DNA from: Escherichia coli
GTDB lineage: Bacteria > Pseudomonadota > Gammaproteobacteria > Enterobacterales > Enterobacteriaceae
Length of the DNA: 64,000 bases
Strand: one strand, 5' to 3'
NCBI RefSeq assembly: GCF_011045215.1
Contig: NZ_CP049201.1
The translations under genes were made by a program, and so were the position numbers. Of the stretch, positions 24,985 through 34,941 are shown piece by piece (within the stretch, counting starts at the first letter, position 1; each line of letters opens with the position of its first letter). Below the pieces are notes generated by a model that worked only from the letters and a program-made list of their open reading frames with translations, made no database searches and was not told the DNA's origin.

Positions 24985-25041
24985 CGAAAAAAAAGCTCGT
25001 ACTTTCGTTCGAGCTCTTCTTTAAATATGGCGGTGAGGGGG
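24982..25041. repeat. att-like direct repeat copy 1 (tRNA-Ser 3' end plus terminator)
   Basis: 25028-25046 is the reverse complement of the last 19 nt of tRNA-Ser(GGA), preceded by hairpin plus A-run (a minus-strand terminator); the 60-bp unit recurs at 25161-25220. Confidence 0.7.
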
Positions 25042-25160
25042 GGATTGACTCGCTTCGCTCGCCCTGCGGGCAGCCCACTCACTGCGTTCGTGGTCTGTCC
25101 AACTGGCTGCGCCAGTTGTCGAACCCCGGTCGGGGCTTCTCACCCCCCCTGGAGTGCATT

Positions 25161-25220
25161 ATGCGAAAAAAAAGCTCGCACTTTCGTACGAGCTCTTCTT
25201 TAAATATGGCGGTGAGGGGG
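25161..25220. repeat. att-like direct repeat copy 2 (island left junction)
   Basis: Near-identical to 24982-25041 (2 mismatches); the tRNA-like match is shorter (about 14 nt); lies directly upstream of the integrase gene. Confidence 0.7.
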
Positions 25221-25380
25221 ACCGCCTGAAATAAATCTGACTTAATCCAGGGGTGTTATATAATTTCATTATAAACAATGTATTACACTTTTTGTTGTCC
25301 GATATTATCTAATGTATTCTTAGTGAAGCGAGAGACTAATGGCATACTGGATGGCATACCAGAGTGACGGGAATTAGCGT

Positions 25381-26583
25381 ATGGCAGTATTGACGGATAC
25401 GAAAGCAAGACATATCAAACCTGATGACAAACCATTGCCCCATGGGGGAATTACCGGACTGACCCTTCATCCTTCTTCAGTAAAGGGGCGGGGGAAATGG
25501 GTTTTTCGTTATGTAAGTCCGGTGACACAAAAAAGACGTAATGCTGGATTGGGAACTTACCCAGAGGTCAGTATTGCTGAAGCTGCACGTACTGCCCGGA
25601 TAATGCGAGAGCAACTTGCTGCAGGTGATGATCCTCTGGAGATTAAAAAGGCTGAATCTGAGAAAGTCGTTATCCCAACATTTGCCGATGCAGCCAGGCG
25701 TGTACATGCAGAACTGTCTCCTGGATGGGAAAATCCAAAGCATGTAAGGCAGTGGTTATCGACGCTTGAGAATTACGCGTTTCCTCAACTGGGAGCAAAA
25801 ACGCTGGATTCGATTACGGCTGCGGACGTGGCAGAAACATTGCGTCCAGTCTGGTTAACCTTGTCAGAAACGGCAAGCCGGGTTAAACAGCGCATTCATG
25901 TTGTTATGCAGTGGGGATGGGCGCACGGTTTTTGTGTGGCAAATCCTGTTGATGTGGTTGACCATTTGCTTCCTCAGCAGACAAGAGGACGTGATGAACA
26001 CCAACCCGCAATGCCCTGGAGGCAGTTACCGCTTTTTGTGGCGACCAGTGTGTATAGTGATGAACCTTATAATGTTACCCGCGCACTGTTATTAATGGTG
26101 ATACTTACAGCAACTCGCTCGGGCGAAGCCAGGGGAATGCGCTGGGCTGAAATTGATTTTCATAAGCGGGTATGGACTATACCTGCAGAAAGAATGAAAG
26201 CTAGGCTACAGCATCGTGTTCCTTTATCCCGGCAGGCTATTTACATTCTGGAAAATATACGTGGCCTGCATGATGAACTGGTGTTCCCTTCACCCAGAAA
26301 GCAGCAGATCCTTTCCGATATGGTGTTGACAAGTTTTCTGCGTAAAAAGAAAGCCGTCAGTGACATTCCGGGGCGAGTTGCCACGGCACATGGTTTTCGC
26401 TCAACATTCAGGGACTGGTGTAGTGAACAGGGGTATTCGCGGGATCTGGCGGAAAGGGCGCTCGCTCATACGCTGAAAAATAAGGTTGAGGCGGCATATC
26501 ATCGCACTGATCTACTGGAGCAGCGTGTACCGATGATGCAGGCATGGGCGGATTATGTGATGTCTCAAATTGTGAATAAATAA
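25381..26583 (+). CDS. Tyrosine recombinase, P4-type integrase family
   Basis: 400-aa ORF; N-terminal arm-binding-like region and C-terminal catalytic region (AHGFRSTFRDW...LAH...Y); adjacent to att repeat. Confidence 0.85.
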   Translation: MAVLTDTKARHIKPDDKPLPHGGITGLTLHPSSVKGRGKWVFRYVSPVTQKRRNAGLGTYPEVSIAEAARTARIMREQLAAGDDPLEIKKAESEKVVIPTFADAARRVHAELSPGWENPKHVRQWLSTLENYAFPQLGAKTLDSITAADVAETLRPVWLTLSETASRVKQRIHVVMQWGWAHGFCVANPVDVVDHLLPQQTRGRDEHQPAMPWRQLPLFVATSVYSDEPYNVTRALLLMVILTATRSGEARGMRWAEIDFHKRVWTIPAERMKARLQHRVPLSRQAIYILENIRGLHDELVFPSPRKQQILSDMVLTSFLRKKKAVSDIPGRVATAHGFRSTFRDWCSEQGYSRDLAERALAHTLKNKVEAAYHRTDLLEQRVPMMQAWADYVMSQIVNK

Positions 26584-26770
26584 TAGTGAAAATGTATATT
26601 GTACGATCATGATTTGATATGTGATCGTGGCAGTAGTAATTAAGGAACCGCTTTTATGTCAAATGTATTGAGCTGATAATTATCAGATCGTCAGGAAAGC
26701 GTATTTTTATAAACAGGGGATTACTCAACAATCTCCTGTTTATAAAAAACAATTTGCCTGTTTTAACGTT

Positions 26771-28588
26771 TCACTCCTGCTGAGACTGAATTATTCCTAG
26801 TGCGTCATAAATCAGTCTTCTGCGTAGTTTATTGTTTTTATCTGCACCATATAACATAAATATATTTTCAACTTTTTCTTCAGGTGTTCTGAGATAATGG
26901 ATAAGAAAGGTTATCATTCCAACACAATGGAATAAAGTGAATCCATCAAACAGGCTTATCAGGTTTCCTTTTTTTTCCCGTGTTGTAAGTATTTTTTCGC
27001 GGGTAAGAATATTTGCTAGTTCATGGGGGGTTGATATATTTCTGCTGTCTATAATGTTATTTATTTTACCAAGGGCTATATCAACTTCCTGTAATAGGTT
27101 ATTTATCATAGCTGAGTGAATGTTATTGGTTTCATGTTCCTGACAGTTTATGAACTTATAAATCATTGAGTTATACAGAAATATTACTCTTCCTAATAAA
27201 TATGTGTTTGTGTCATTTTGAAGACAGGACTCTGGGTATTCGTGATCCAGTGAAATAAGGTTAATGGACTCGCCCTGATAAGTCATAAAATAATTGATGT
27301 CATTTAATAATGCTCGGATATTTACATGATTTTTACTGAATTTTATTTTAAATGCTATCTTTAGTATAGCAAACGCGGCAATGATAAATCCAAAAGGTAA
27401 TTTCTCATAGTTCAGTTTATTGATGGTGCGATGAACACTTTCAGTCTTTCCTGAAGTAAGTTGTATCAAACAGTTAACAAATTCTGTATAGCCATTTAAG
27501 ACATAATGGCATGAAGAATCTTTTAAAGTGTTTTCTATGTTTTGTAATGTGACGCCGTTGTTCAATGTATAAATGTAACCGCCAAAGACAATGTTTTCAA
27601 TCTCAACGACACAATTTATTGTTTTTTGTTCAGGATAAAGATAAATATCAGAAATACTATAGTCTCGTATTGCGTCAATGGCCTCCCACGATAATGCACT
27701 GTCAATTTTCAGTGTATAAAATGGTGAGTTCTCATTAGGAAAGTAATATATGTGTTTGTTCAGTATATTCATTACATCTATTGGGTTGGTTAAATATAAT
27801 AACTGGCATTCATATTCTGAAACTTCTCTTTCGCTTATCAGCATTTTATATAAAGTTGCCAGGGCGCTTGTTAATGAAGTTCGTCTTTCGAAAGCCAGTA
27901 ATATGGTGAGATAATAACATGCAACTTGAATTTTATCTAAGTCAGAAATTATTTTTTCCTTGTCTTCATTACTTAAATAAAGCAGATGTTTACAGGTTTC
28001 TTTGCATGTGTTGATAGTTGCGGTAAGTTTTGTTTTTCCTGGTGTACTGTTTTTGCGAATATTACGAATGAATTCATATACGCCATCAAAGATATCTTTG
28101 AAATGCGCATTCGCTGGTGTGTATCCGGATAAACATAACTTAATGTAATTTCGCAGATATGTCCTTGCAGCATGATATATATCATCCTCATTATCCGGTA
28201 TCTGAGTGAGAAAAGAATGAATATGATAGTAAAATGCCATCTCATTATCCGGGCGATATGTGTTCCTGATGTCGAGTGCGAGAATCATTGGTACAATGTC
28301 ATTAAAATATTTTTGTTTTATTATTTGATGTGTTTTGTCTGTAAAAACAGAATAGTGCATTAGCTTAACATAGAGATCTTCATATCTCCTAAATATAACT
28401 TTTCGTTGTTCTGTACTCAATACTTGTTCTTTATCAATAATGTTTATTAATTCATCAAACATGTCGCCCAGTGAATGTTGATGTGAGGAAAAATTTTTAA
28501 TATTTCGGATGTCACGGGTATTCTGGTTTTTAGCCAGAACACCAAAACATGAAAAGACATCATACATTATAGTGATAAAATTATACAT
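26771..28588 (-). CDS. Hypothetical 605-aa protein, AT-rich, no recognised domain
   Basis: Long uninterrupted ORF with strongly AT-biased codons; no P-loop or nuclease motif recognised by eye. Confidence 0.55.
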   Translation of the reverse strand: MYNFITIMYDVFSCFGVLAKNQNTRDIRNIKNFSSHQHSLGDMFDELINIIDKEQVLSTEQRKVIFRRYEDLYVKLMHYSVFTDKTHQIIKQKYFNDIVPMILALDIRNTYRPDNEMAFYYHIHSFLTQIPDNEDDIYHAARTYLRNYIKLCLSGYTPANAHFKDIFDGVYEFIRNIRKNSTPGKTKLTATINTCKETCKHLLYLSNEDKEKIISDLDKIQVACYYLTILLAFERRTSLTSALATLYKMLISEREVSEYECQLLYLTNPIDVMNILNKHIYYFPNENSPFYTLKIDSALSWEAIDAIRDYSISDIYLYPEQKTINCVVEIENIVFGGYIYTLNNGVTLQNIENTLKDSSCHYVLNGYTEFVNCLIQLTSGKTESVHRTINKLNYEKLPFGFIIAAFAILKIAFKIKFSKNHVNIRALLNDINYFMTYQGESINLISLDHEYPESCLQNDTNTYLLGRVIFLYNSMIYKFINCQEHETNNIHSAMINNLLQEVDIALGKINNIIDSRNISTPHELANILTREKILTTREKKGNLISLFDGFTLFHCVGMITFLIHYLRTPEEKVENIFMLYGADKNNKLRRRLIYDALGIIQSQQE

Positions 28589-28755
28589 AACATTCTCCTT
28601 TTATTGCACTATATAAAATTTTAACATTATATCATTTTGCTTTTCTGTTAACTGGTTTTCATTTTTGAATCAATATTTTCTGAACAGGGTAATAGTACAC
28701 GTATTAACAGATTATGTCAGAAGGCCCCGGTGATGCCTTCTGACGATAGATTAAT

Positions 28756-29477
28756 GTGATATTCTATTGGTATCTGGAGACCATATGGCAACAGTTACAG
28801 TACATTCTCCCCGCTGTAATTCCTATAAAGTGTACCATTATGATCACAGCACCTCAGATCATGAGCGTTTCCAGTGCTAATCCTGCAAATGTGTGTATTT
28901 CAACTGAATTACATCTACGAAACCCGAAAACCAGGCATCAAAGAGCAAATTGTTGAAATGGTTCATAACGGAGTCGGGTTCGCGATAGCTCCAGAACGCT
29001 GAAGGTGGATATCAACACCGTCATTCTCACTTTATAAAACGCTCACCACGCAAAGTAACCACATCTCCAGACGTCAGTGCCGATGTGGCGCTTATCTGCG
29101 AACTTGATGAACAATGGAGTTTTGTCGAAAACAAAGCTCGTCAGCAGTGGCACTGGTATGCGTATAACACCAAATCTGGAGGTGTGCTGGCTTACACTTT
29201 TGGTCCTCGCACTGATGAAACATGTCGTGAGTTGCCGGAACTCCTGAAGCCATTCTCCACAGGCATGATAACCAGAGACAACCGGAGCAGTTATACCAGA
29301 GAAATGCCACAGGATAAGCATCTTGTCGGCAAGATATTTACCCGGCGCATTGAGCGCAACAATCTGACACTTCGTACTCACATCAAACGACCAGCCCGGA
29401 AAACGATTTGCTTTTCACGCTCCCTGGAAATTCACGAAAAGCCATTGGTTCATTTATCGAAAACACTGTACTACTGA
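28756..29477 (+). pseudogene. Degenerate IS1-family element remnant (InsA/InsB-like, frameshifted)
   Basis: 29085-29477 translation ALICELDEQW...YTFGPRT...QRIERNNLTLRTH matches the InsB pattern; InsA-like pieces upstream broken by stops. Confidence 0.6.
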
Positions 29478-29700
29478 CTGGAGTCATTACCAGGGCCTCT
29501 TTTGCTGTTTTTTTACCAATGAATGATAATGAGAATCGACAGTGATAAGGAGAAAGTAAAATAACAATAATGCTGTTGTTTTCTATCGTATTGATTTTTA
29601 ATTATTTATTGTCTTTTTGCTCAGCCCATTTTTTTACGCAGACAAATTTACCCGGGGAATACAAACTGTAACGACAGTTCACCACACTATGGGGGATAAA

Positions 29701-29997
29701 ATGCCAGATCAATCCGGATACTGCTGGACTCCTTCACGCATCTTACGGATGCCTGAACTGAGCCAATTGTTAGGTATATCTCGTTCGACAATTTACGAAA
29801 AAATGAATCCGTTATCGAAATACTACGATGCAACCTTCCCCAGGCCGGTACGTCTTGGTAGTGGTTCTGTGGGCTGGCGTTCATCAGCTATTGACGAATG
29901 GCTTACTTTACATACTGTACCTGCCAGATCAGCAGTCAAAGGTGTTAATGACGAAGTGCGACATACGCTTTCTTCAGATATGACCATGAGCAGATAA
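29701..29997 (+). CDS. AlpA-family transcriptional regulator / excisionase-like
   Basis: HTH segment LSQLLGISRSTIYEKM...FPRPVRLGSGSVGWRSSAIDEWL; SD-like ggggga before ATG at 29701. Confidence 0.65.
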   Translation: MPDQSGYCWTPSRILRMPELSQLLGISRSTIYEKMNPLSKYYDATFPRPVRLGSGSVGWRSSAIDEWLTLHTVPARSAVKGVNDEVRHTLSSDMTMSR

Positions 29998-30170
29998 GTT
30001 TTTGTCATCACGTGATCACCTCAGGAGGAAAAAGAAGCATAAGAACAATTTAGCCAGAAGTTTAATTGATAAACAGAATTTCCAGCATTCATTGTTGAAA
30101 GAGCAGCTATTGTCGCTATTGTAGCGGTAATTGCTGCTATAACCGAAACGTATTACGAAAAAGGAAGCAT

Positions 30171-30421
30171 TTATGTCTTACATCAAACCGGATATGCCGT
30201 ATTCAGTATATACGTGACCATCAATGATAGGGAAGGCAATAATTAAAGCTCAATACAATAAACAAGTACCTCTGACTCTGGTTGCAATGTCAGTATTAAC
30301 AGCGATGTCAATTGCCTGTCAGAATCAGGTTGACGTATGCAGCCCCGGAAATTTACGTGGGGCCGTTAATATTTACACTATGGTTCTGGAGAAAGGGAAA
30401 AGACCGGGGGAAAGGTATTAG
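30171..30421 (+). pseudogene. Truncated, frameshifted duplicate of the N-terminus of the downstream DUF3987-like gene
   Basis: 30224-30421 translation ...VAMSVLTAMSIACQNQVDVCSPGNL parallels VATSALTAISIACQNQIDVCRPGNL of the 30640 gene; upstream leader also duplicated. Confidence 0.45.
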
Positions 30422-30639
30422 TGAAATAATTTCTGGAGGTATTAAGAATGAGAAATATGAATGATATTTCGTGGTAAATAATACAGTCTGCACTGAATTA
30501 ACCTTATCGGTTTATTAAACATCAGATCTACAAATGCTCAGTATTTCTCAGAGCATCAGGTCTGAATAGCAGCTATTTTCGCTATTGTAGCGGGAGTTGC
30601 TGCTATTTTACTAACCCATTAATGAAAAGAGAGGCTTTT

Positions 30640-32073
30640 ATGTGCTTACTTGCACCAGAAAATCCTTATCCGATATATGCACTACCACCGCTGGTGAGAA
30701 ATGCAATAATTGAAACTCAAAAAAATACACAGGCACCTTTGGCTATGGTGGCAACATCCGCATTAACAGCGATCTCAATTGCCTGTCAGAATCAGATTGA
30801 CGTGTGCAGACCTGGAAATTTACATGGGCCTGTTAATCTTTACTCTCTGATTCTGGCTGATTCCGGTGAAAGGAAAACGACCGTGGATAAAGTGTTTATG
30901 AAAGCATTTTATCTCAGGGATGAAGCCCTGGCGGAAGAATACGCGAAACTGGTTGAGAATTACAGTACAGAAAAGGAAATATGGGAGCAAAAACAAAAAG
31001 CGCTGGAATCAAAATTTCATAAAGAGATTCGTGCCGGTAAAGATTACAAGGCAACAGAATCAGAGCTTGAAACGCATCTGAATAAATCTCCTGTTCCGCC
31101 GCAGATACGTCGAACAATTTTTAATGAGACAACGATAGAGGGAATGTTAAAATATTACTCTGATAGCAATCGCTCTTTTGCTCTTGTATCCAGTGAAGGG
31201 GGGGTAATTTTTGACAGCCGGGCCATGAGTAAACTGGGAATTATTAACACTTTGTGGGATGGAGGTTCTCTTTTCATCGACAGGAAATCATCTCCCGGAA
31301 TTAATTTGAAGGAGCCAAGACTGACGATATCGGTGATGATTCAGCCTGATGTTTACCACAAAGGTTTTTGTACGCGAAAAAAAGAACTTGTGAAAACGTC
31401 AGGACATCATGCAAGGTTTTTGATGTGTCAACCAACATCAACGCAGGGGACAAGGATAATAACCGGAGATAATTATTCATCACAGTATCAGGATTTGTTT
31501 GAAGAGAGGATCAATGAGCTTATTGATGAAAGTCTGGCGATGAGTGGTGAACGACGTTGCCTTCACTTTTCTCCTCAGGCTGCCAGAATCTGGACGGATT
31601 ATTACAATGATGTGGAATCGAAGCTGGGGGGATTGGGGCCTTTAAGACATTGCCGGGAATATGCTGCTAAAAATGCAGAGTATATGGCAAGACTGGCAGG
31701 ACTTATTTACCATTCGAGCGGTGAAGAGGGGGAGATTTCCCCTTACACTGCAGAAATGGCGAGAGAATTAGCAATATGGTACGGTAATGAGTATGTGCGG
31801 TTGTCTAATCCGTTAACTTTTGACAACTCCGCCCTGACCGTACCTGTGCGACTCATTCCAGAGGAGCTTGAACTTTTCAACTGGATAAAAAGCTATTGCA
31901 TTGAGAAGGGGATCCTCTGTATGAAAAAAAATGACATTTTACAGCGTGGCCCGAACCGTTTCCGGAAAAAGGATAAAATCAACTGGTTACTGGATTTACT
32001 GTATGAACAAAACAGAGTTGTACCGGTTATTGAGGGAAAAACGTTGTGTGTCGCACCTAACTTTGACCTCTGA
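30640..32073 (+). CDS. DUF3987-like (YfjI-like) island protein
   Basis: About 478-aa ORF; assignment from recalled similarity to prophage YfjI-type proteins; SD agagagg before ATG at 30640. Confidence 0.5.
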   Translation: MCLLAPENPYPIYALPPLVRNAIIETQKNTQAPLAMVATSALTAISIACQNQIDVCRPGNLHGPVNLYSLILADSGERKTTVDKVFMKAFYLRDEALAEEYAKLVENYSTEKEIWEQKQKALESKFHKEIRAGKDYKATESELETHLNKSPVPPQIRRTIFNETTIEGMLKYYSDSNRSFALVSSEGGVIFDSRAMSKLGIINTLWDGGSLFIDRKSSPGINLKEPRLTISVMIQPDVYHKGFCTRKKELVKTSGHHARFLMCQPTSTQGTRIITGDNYSSQYQDLFEERINELIDESLAMSGERRCLHFSPQAARIWTDYYNDVESKLGGLGPLRHCREYAAKNAEYMARLAGLIYHSSGEEGEISPYTAEMARELAIWYGNEYVRLSNPLTFDNSALTVPVRLIPEELELFNWIKSYCIEKGILCMKKNDILQRGPNRFRKKDKINWLLDLLYEQNRVVPVIEGKTLCVAPNFDL

Positions 32074-32334
32074 ACGACTTAATCGTTGAGTACATATAGT
32101 CTCCTCTGCTACTTGCGGAGGAGACTAATGTCTTTACCATGTCAGCGTTGTATTAGAAAACTCTGGTACAGGTCAGTCAGTAAATATAACTGGTGTAACC
32201 ACTATTTACTATTGGATAGAGTGTTGCTCAGGATATTGTCGGCTTTAGTCTGAGGTGAGGTGGGGCCTTCATTGTTTTCGTGTTCAATAAATAATTTAGG
32301 TTAATTAGTATTATTAGTGGGAGTTATGTGATCT

Positions 32335-32702
32335 GTTATGTTGTCTCTTTTATCGTAATGTCACTCCTCTCTATGCTAAGTATTCTGTATGTGTGTAATA
32401 CATATATCTCCATACACTACGCAGTGAAGCATATGGGGGGAAGCTGTATGGTGAATTATGTGGTGTAATGTTGGGAACATAAATCTGTTATGTTATGTTG
32501 TCTTGTACGCACTTAACACTGGTTACGTACCGGAACACTATTAGAGTATGTTATGGCTCCGTTACAGTTTATAAGCATAGGTAAATATAATATTTTCTGT
32601 ATGAAATAATCTTCTTATTGTGAGGTTAAATATCTGTAGGCTCTCTCTGCAGAGTCTCTGTTTTTACTTAATGGTACGGCAATATTAATAGCGATGTTGT
32701 CT
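32335..32702. repeat. Iteron-like short direct repeats in AT-rich non-coding region
   Basis: GTTATGTTGTCT at 32335-32346 and 32504-32515, related ATGTTGTCT at 32694-32702, within a 0.9-kb gene-free AT-rich stretch upstream of a Rep-like gene. Confidence 0.4.
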
Positions 32703-33011
32703 GTGGCTACCCGGTACTGACTTTTGTGAAGATCAGATTATATCCTGTAAGTAATTGAATGGTGCTTTCTTAAACTCAATTATATGAGGTGTGTTTTTTA
32801 TTGTAATTCGTTCTGGTCCTCAGTTTAAGAAAGTCTTACTGTATTCTGAATCATTACCCTATTACTGTAATGAGGTAATACGAAACAGTTTTATCAGGTT
32901 GTCTGTGCTGCTGGTTACCTCTTTTATTAATGCCGCGGTACGGCGTTTCTGTACTCTCAGTATTTATGTAATTCCACTTTCCTGTCAGTTTTATAAAGTA
33001 AGGACTATAAA

Positions 33012-33575
33012 ATGTATAATGCCAATCCCAATTACGAAATGAATTTCGCGATTCTGAAAGATGTGAATGAACACATGGAAGGTCTGTTTCAACGTTTTTC
33101 TAAACTGTTACCTTTCAGAATTGATTTTGCTTACAGGAAAGACACGCCCAGTTTTGGTCTTTCCTGTAAGCACAGTATGTGTATGGAAATGTACCGCTTA
33201 CTTAGCGAAACCCAGACGATGTTGGCGGGATATTACTGGGTAATGGAATATACACCAGACAAAGGGCTTCATATTCATTTTATCGGCTATCTGGATGGAC
33301 AACGTCACAAGAACTCTTATCAGATATCCAGGCAACTGGGAGATATCTGGAGGCGGATCACGGAAGGGGAGGGTTATTTTCACCTGTGCCGGGCTAAAGA
33401 TAAATACCCGGTGCGTATCGATCATGTAATTCACTATAGTGATAAATCTGCGGTAGACGACTTACGTTACGCCCTTAGCTATCTGGCGAAACAGGATCAG
33501 AAAGAACACGGTATTATTCTGGGGCGTAGCAGGCTTCCCGAAAAAAGTAACCGCGGCCGACCACGACATAACTGA
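33012..33575 (+). CDS. HUH-motif Rep-like protein (YagK/YfjJ, inovirus Gp2-like family), paralog A
   Basis: 187-aa ORF with His-hydrophobic-His motif (GLHIHFIGY) and downstream Tyr-containing region. Confidence 0.55.
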   Translation: MYNANPNYEMNFAILKDVNEHMEGLFQRFSKLLPFRIDFAYRKDTPSFGLSCKHSMCMEMYRLLSETQTMLAGYYWVMEYTPDKGLHIHFIGYLDGQRHKNSYQISRQLGDIWRRITEGEGYFHLCRAKDKYPVRIDHVIHYSDKSAVDDLRYALSYLAKQDQKEHGIILGRSRLPEKSNRGRPRHN

Positions 33576-33669
33576 ATTATGGGGGCTTATGTCCGAACTA
33601 TCGTAAGTTATCGCGTGGATTTGCCTTCACACGAATTTCAGTCGTGGTGCCGCCGGGAGACAGGTACAA

Positions 33670-34033
33670 GTGATAACGCATATGGTTTATAAATCTGACA
33701 GCGATGAACTAGCAGTACTGCGGGCAGAAAATACCCGGCTGGTCTCATTACTTGAAGCTCATGGGATTGAATGGCGACGTAAACCGCAGAGCCCTGTGCA
33801 GTGCGTTTTCGTATTATCCACGGATGAGAAAGTTGCGTTATTTTGTCGACTGTTTCGCGGGCGTGATGATGTATGGGCCCTTCGATGGGAAAGCAAAACC
33901 AGCGGAAAGGGTATTCGTCTACCTGGCTAACGAATGGCTGTTGGGAATATGCAGTAAGCCCTGGATAAAATGTGGGGACTGCGCTCACCGTCAGTTGATC
34001 CCTGTATCTGATCTCATCATCTACCAGAGGTAG
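33670..34033 (+). pseudogene. 5' remnant of a larger gene (coiled-coil plus Cys-rich segment), frameshifted
   Basis: 33670-33930 encodes ...ALFCRLFRGRDDVWALRWESKTSGKG; an overlapping frame continues ...ANEWLLGICSKPWIKCGDCAHRQLIP before a stop; no downstream body. Confidence 0.3.
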
Positions 34034-34147
34034 TGTACAATATGCCGATATCGAACTGATACTTAATTAAAATATCTAGAGTGTGATATATCTCTGAGAA
34101 CTATCAATACGAATATTAAAAATACTTCCAGAATAACAGCAATACGG

Positions 34148-34651
34148 GTGGATCTCCATTACCCTCCTGTGATTGACAACGGGGATACCATTACCTGTTT
34201 TCCTAACCTGACCCCCGGAGAAATATCTCGTTTCCGTAACTCGCTGAATGCGAAAATTAATGCAGATCAACACCGTAAAAAACAACAAGGCAAACGCACC
34301 TACGCAACGTCGGTTTGTATTATCTGGGCGAAAGAATATACGCAGTCCTTTAAATGTCATTATCACGTCTGCCTGTTGTTTAACAAAGACGCCTATTACC
34401 ACCTGGGAGACTATGAGCGCTCTGACACCCTGAGAGGGTTAATTACCGGAGCCTGGTACAGTGCCTTAGGGTTGGAACTGGAAGATCACCAGGGATTAGT
34501 TCATTTCCCTACTAATGGGCGTTACATCCTGGATATTAACGATCCTGATTTCCCTGAGCAGTACCAGCGCTTATTGGTACGTCTGGATTATTTGACGAAG
34601 CTCGACACTAAAGCATCAGGCCAGCGTAACTTTGGCTACAGCGGTTTTTGA
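34148..34651 (+). CDS. HUH-motif Rep-like protein, paralog B (start uncertain, GTG at 34148)
   Basis: His-hydrophobic-His motif CHYHVCLLF aligning with paralog A; upstream in-frame sequence still resembles the A N-terminus, so the gene may be 5'-truncated. Confidence 0.5.
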   Translation: MDLHYPPVIDNGDTITCFPNLTPGEISRFRNSLNAKINADQHRKKQQGKRTYATSVCIIWAKEYTQSFKCHYHVCLLFNKDAYYHLGDYERSDTLRGLITGAWYSALGLELEDHQGLVHFPTNGRYILDINDPDFPEQYQRLLVRLDYLTKLDTKASGQRNFGYSGF

Positions 34652-34941
34652 CCTATTGTAACTATAAGGTGATTTATTATGTATATAGAATCTTACCAGA
34701 AAAAATACTTTTCCTTGTGATTTGGTACTGAGTTAACATTTAGTACAGTATTAGGGCCTTCATTGTCAGGCCCTGCTTTGCAATTTTTCAAAGCTCCAGG
34801 TAAGCTTTTTTCCGATAAACATGCTGATATCAAACACCGCTTCTTTACCAGCACTATCAAAAATAATTCTGATATTTGGTTTTTATCTCCTTGTCTATAG
34901 ATTCGTCACCAATACTGTAGCTTGTATCATTACTTCCTCAA

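Noticed and set aside
25028-25160. Possible intact tRNA-Ser gene on the minus strand
   Set aside because: Only the last 19 nt match the tRNA 3' end; the sequence beyond diverges and lacks D- and anticodon-arm features, so it is an att-site fragment.
32791-33042. 83-aa ORF in the AT-rich region upstream of the Rep-like gene
   Set aside because: Low-complexity AT-rich translation running into the Rep-like start; more plausibly non-coding regulatory or origin DNA.
33638-33988. 116-aa minus-strand ORF overlapping the frameshifted remnant
   Set aside because: The plus-strand frames give a more protein-like product (coiled-coil plus zinc-ribbon); the minus-strand ORF is probably a shadow.
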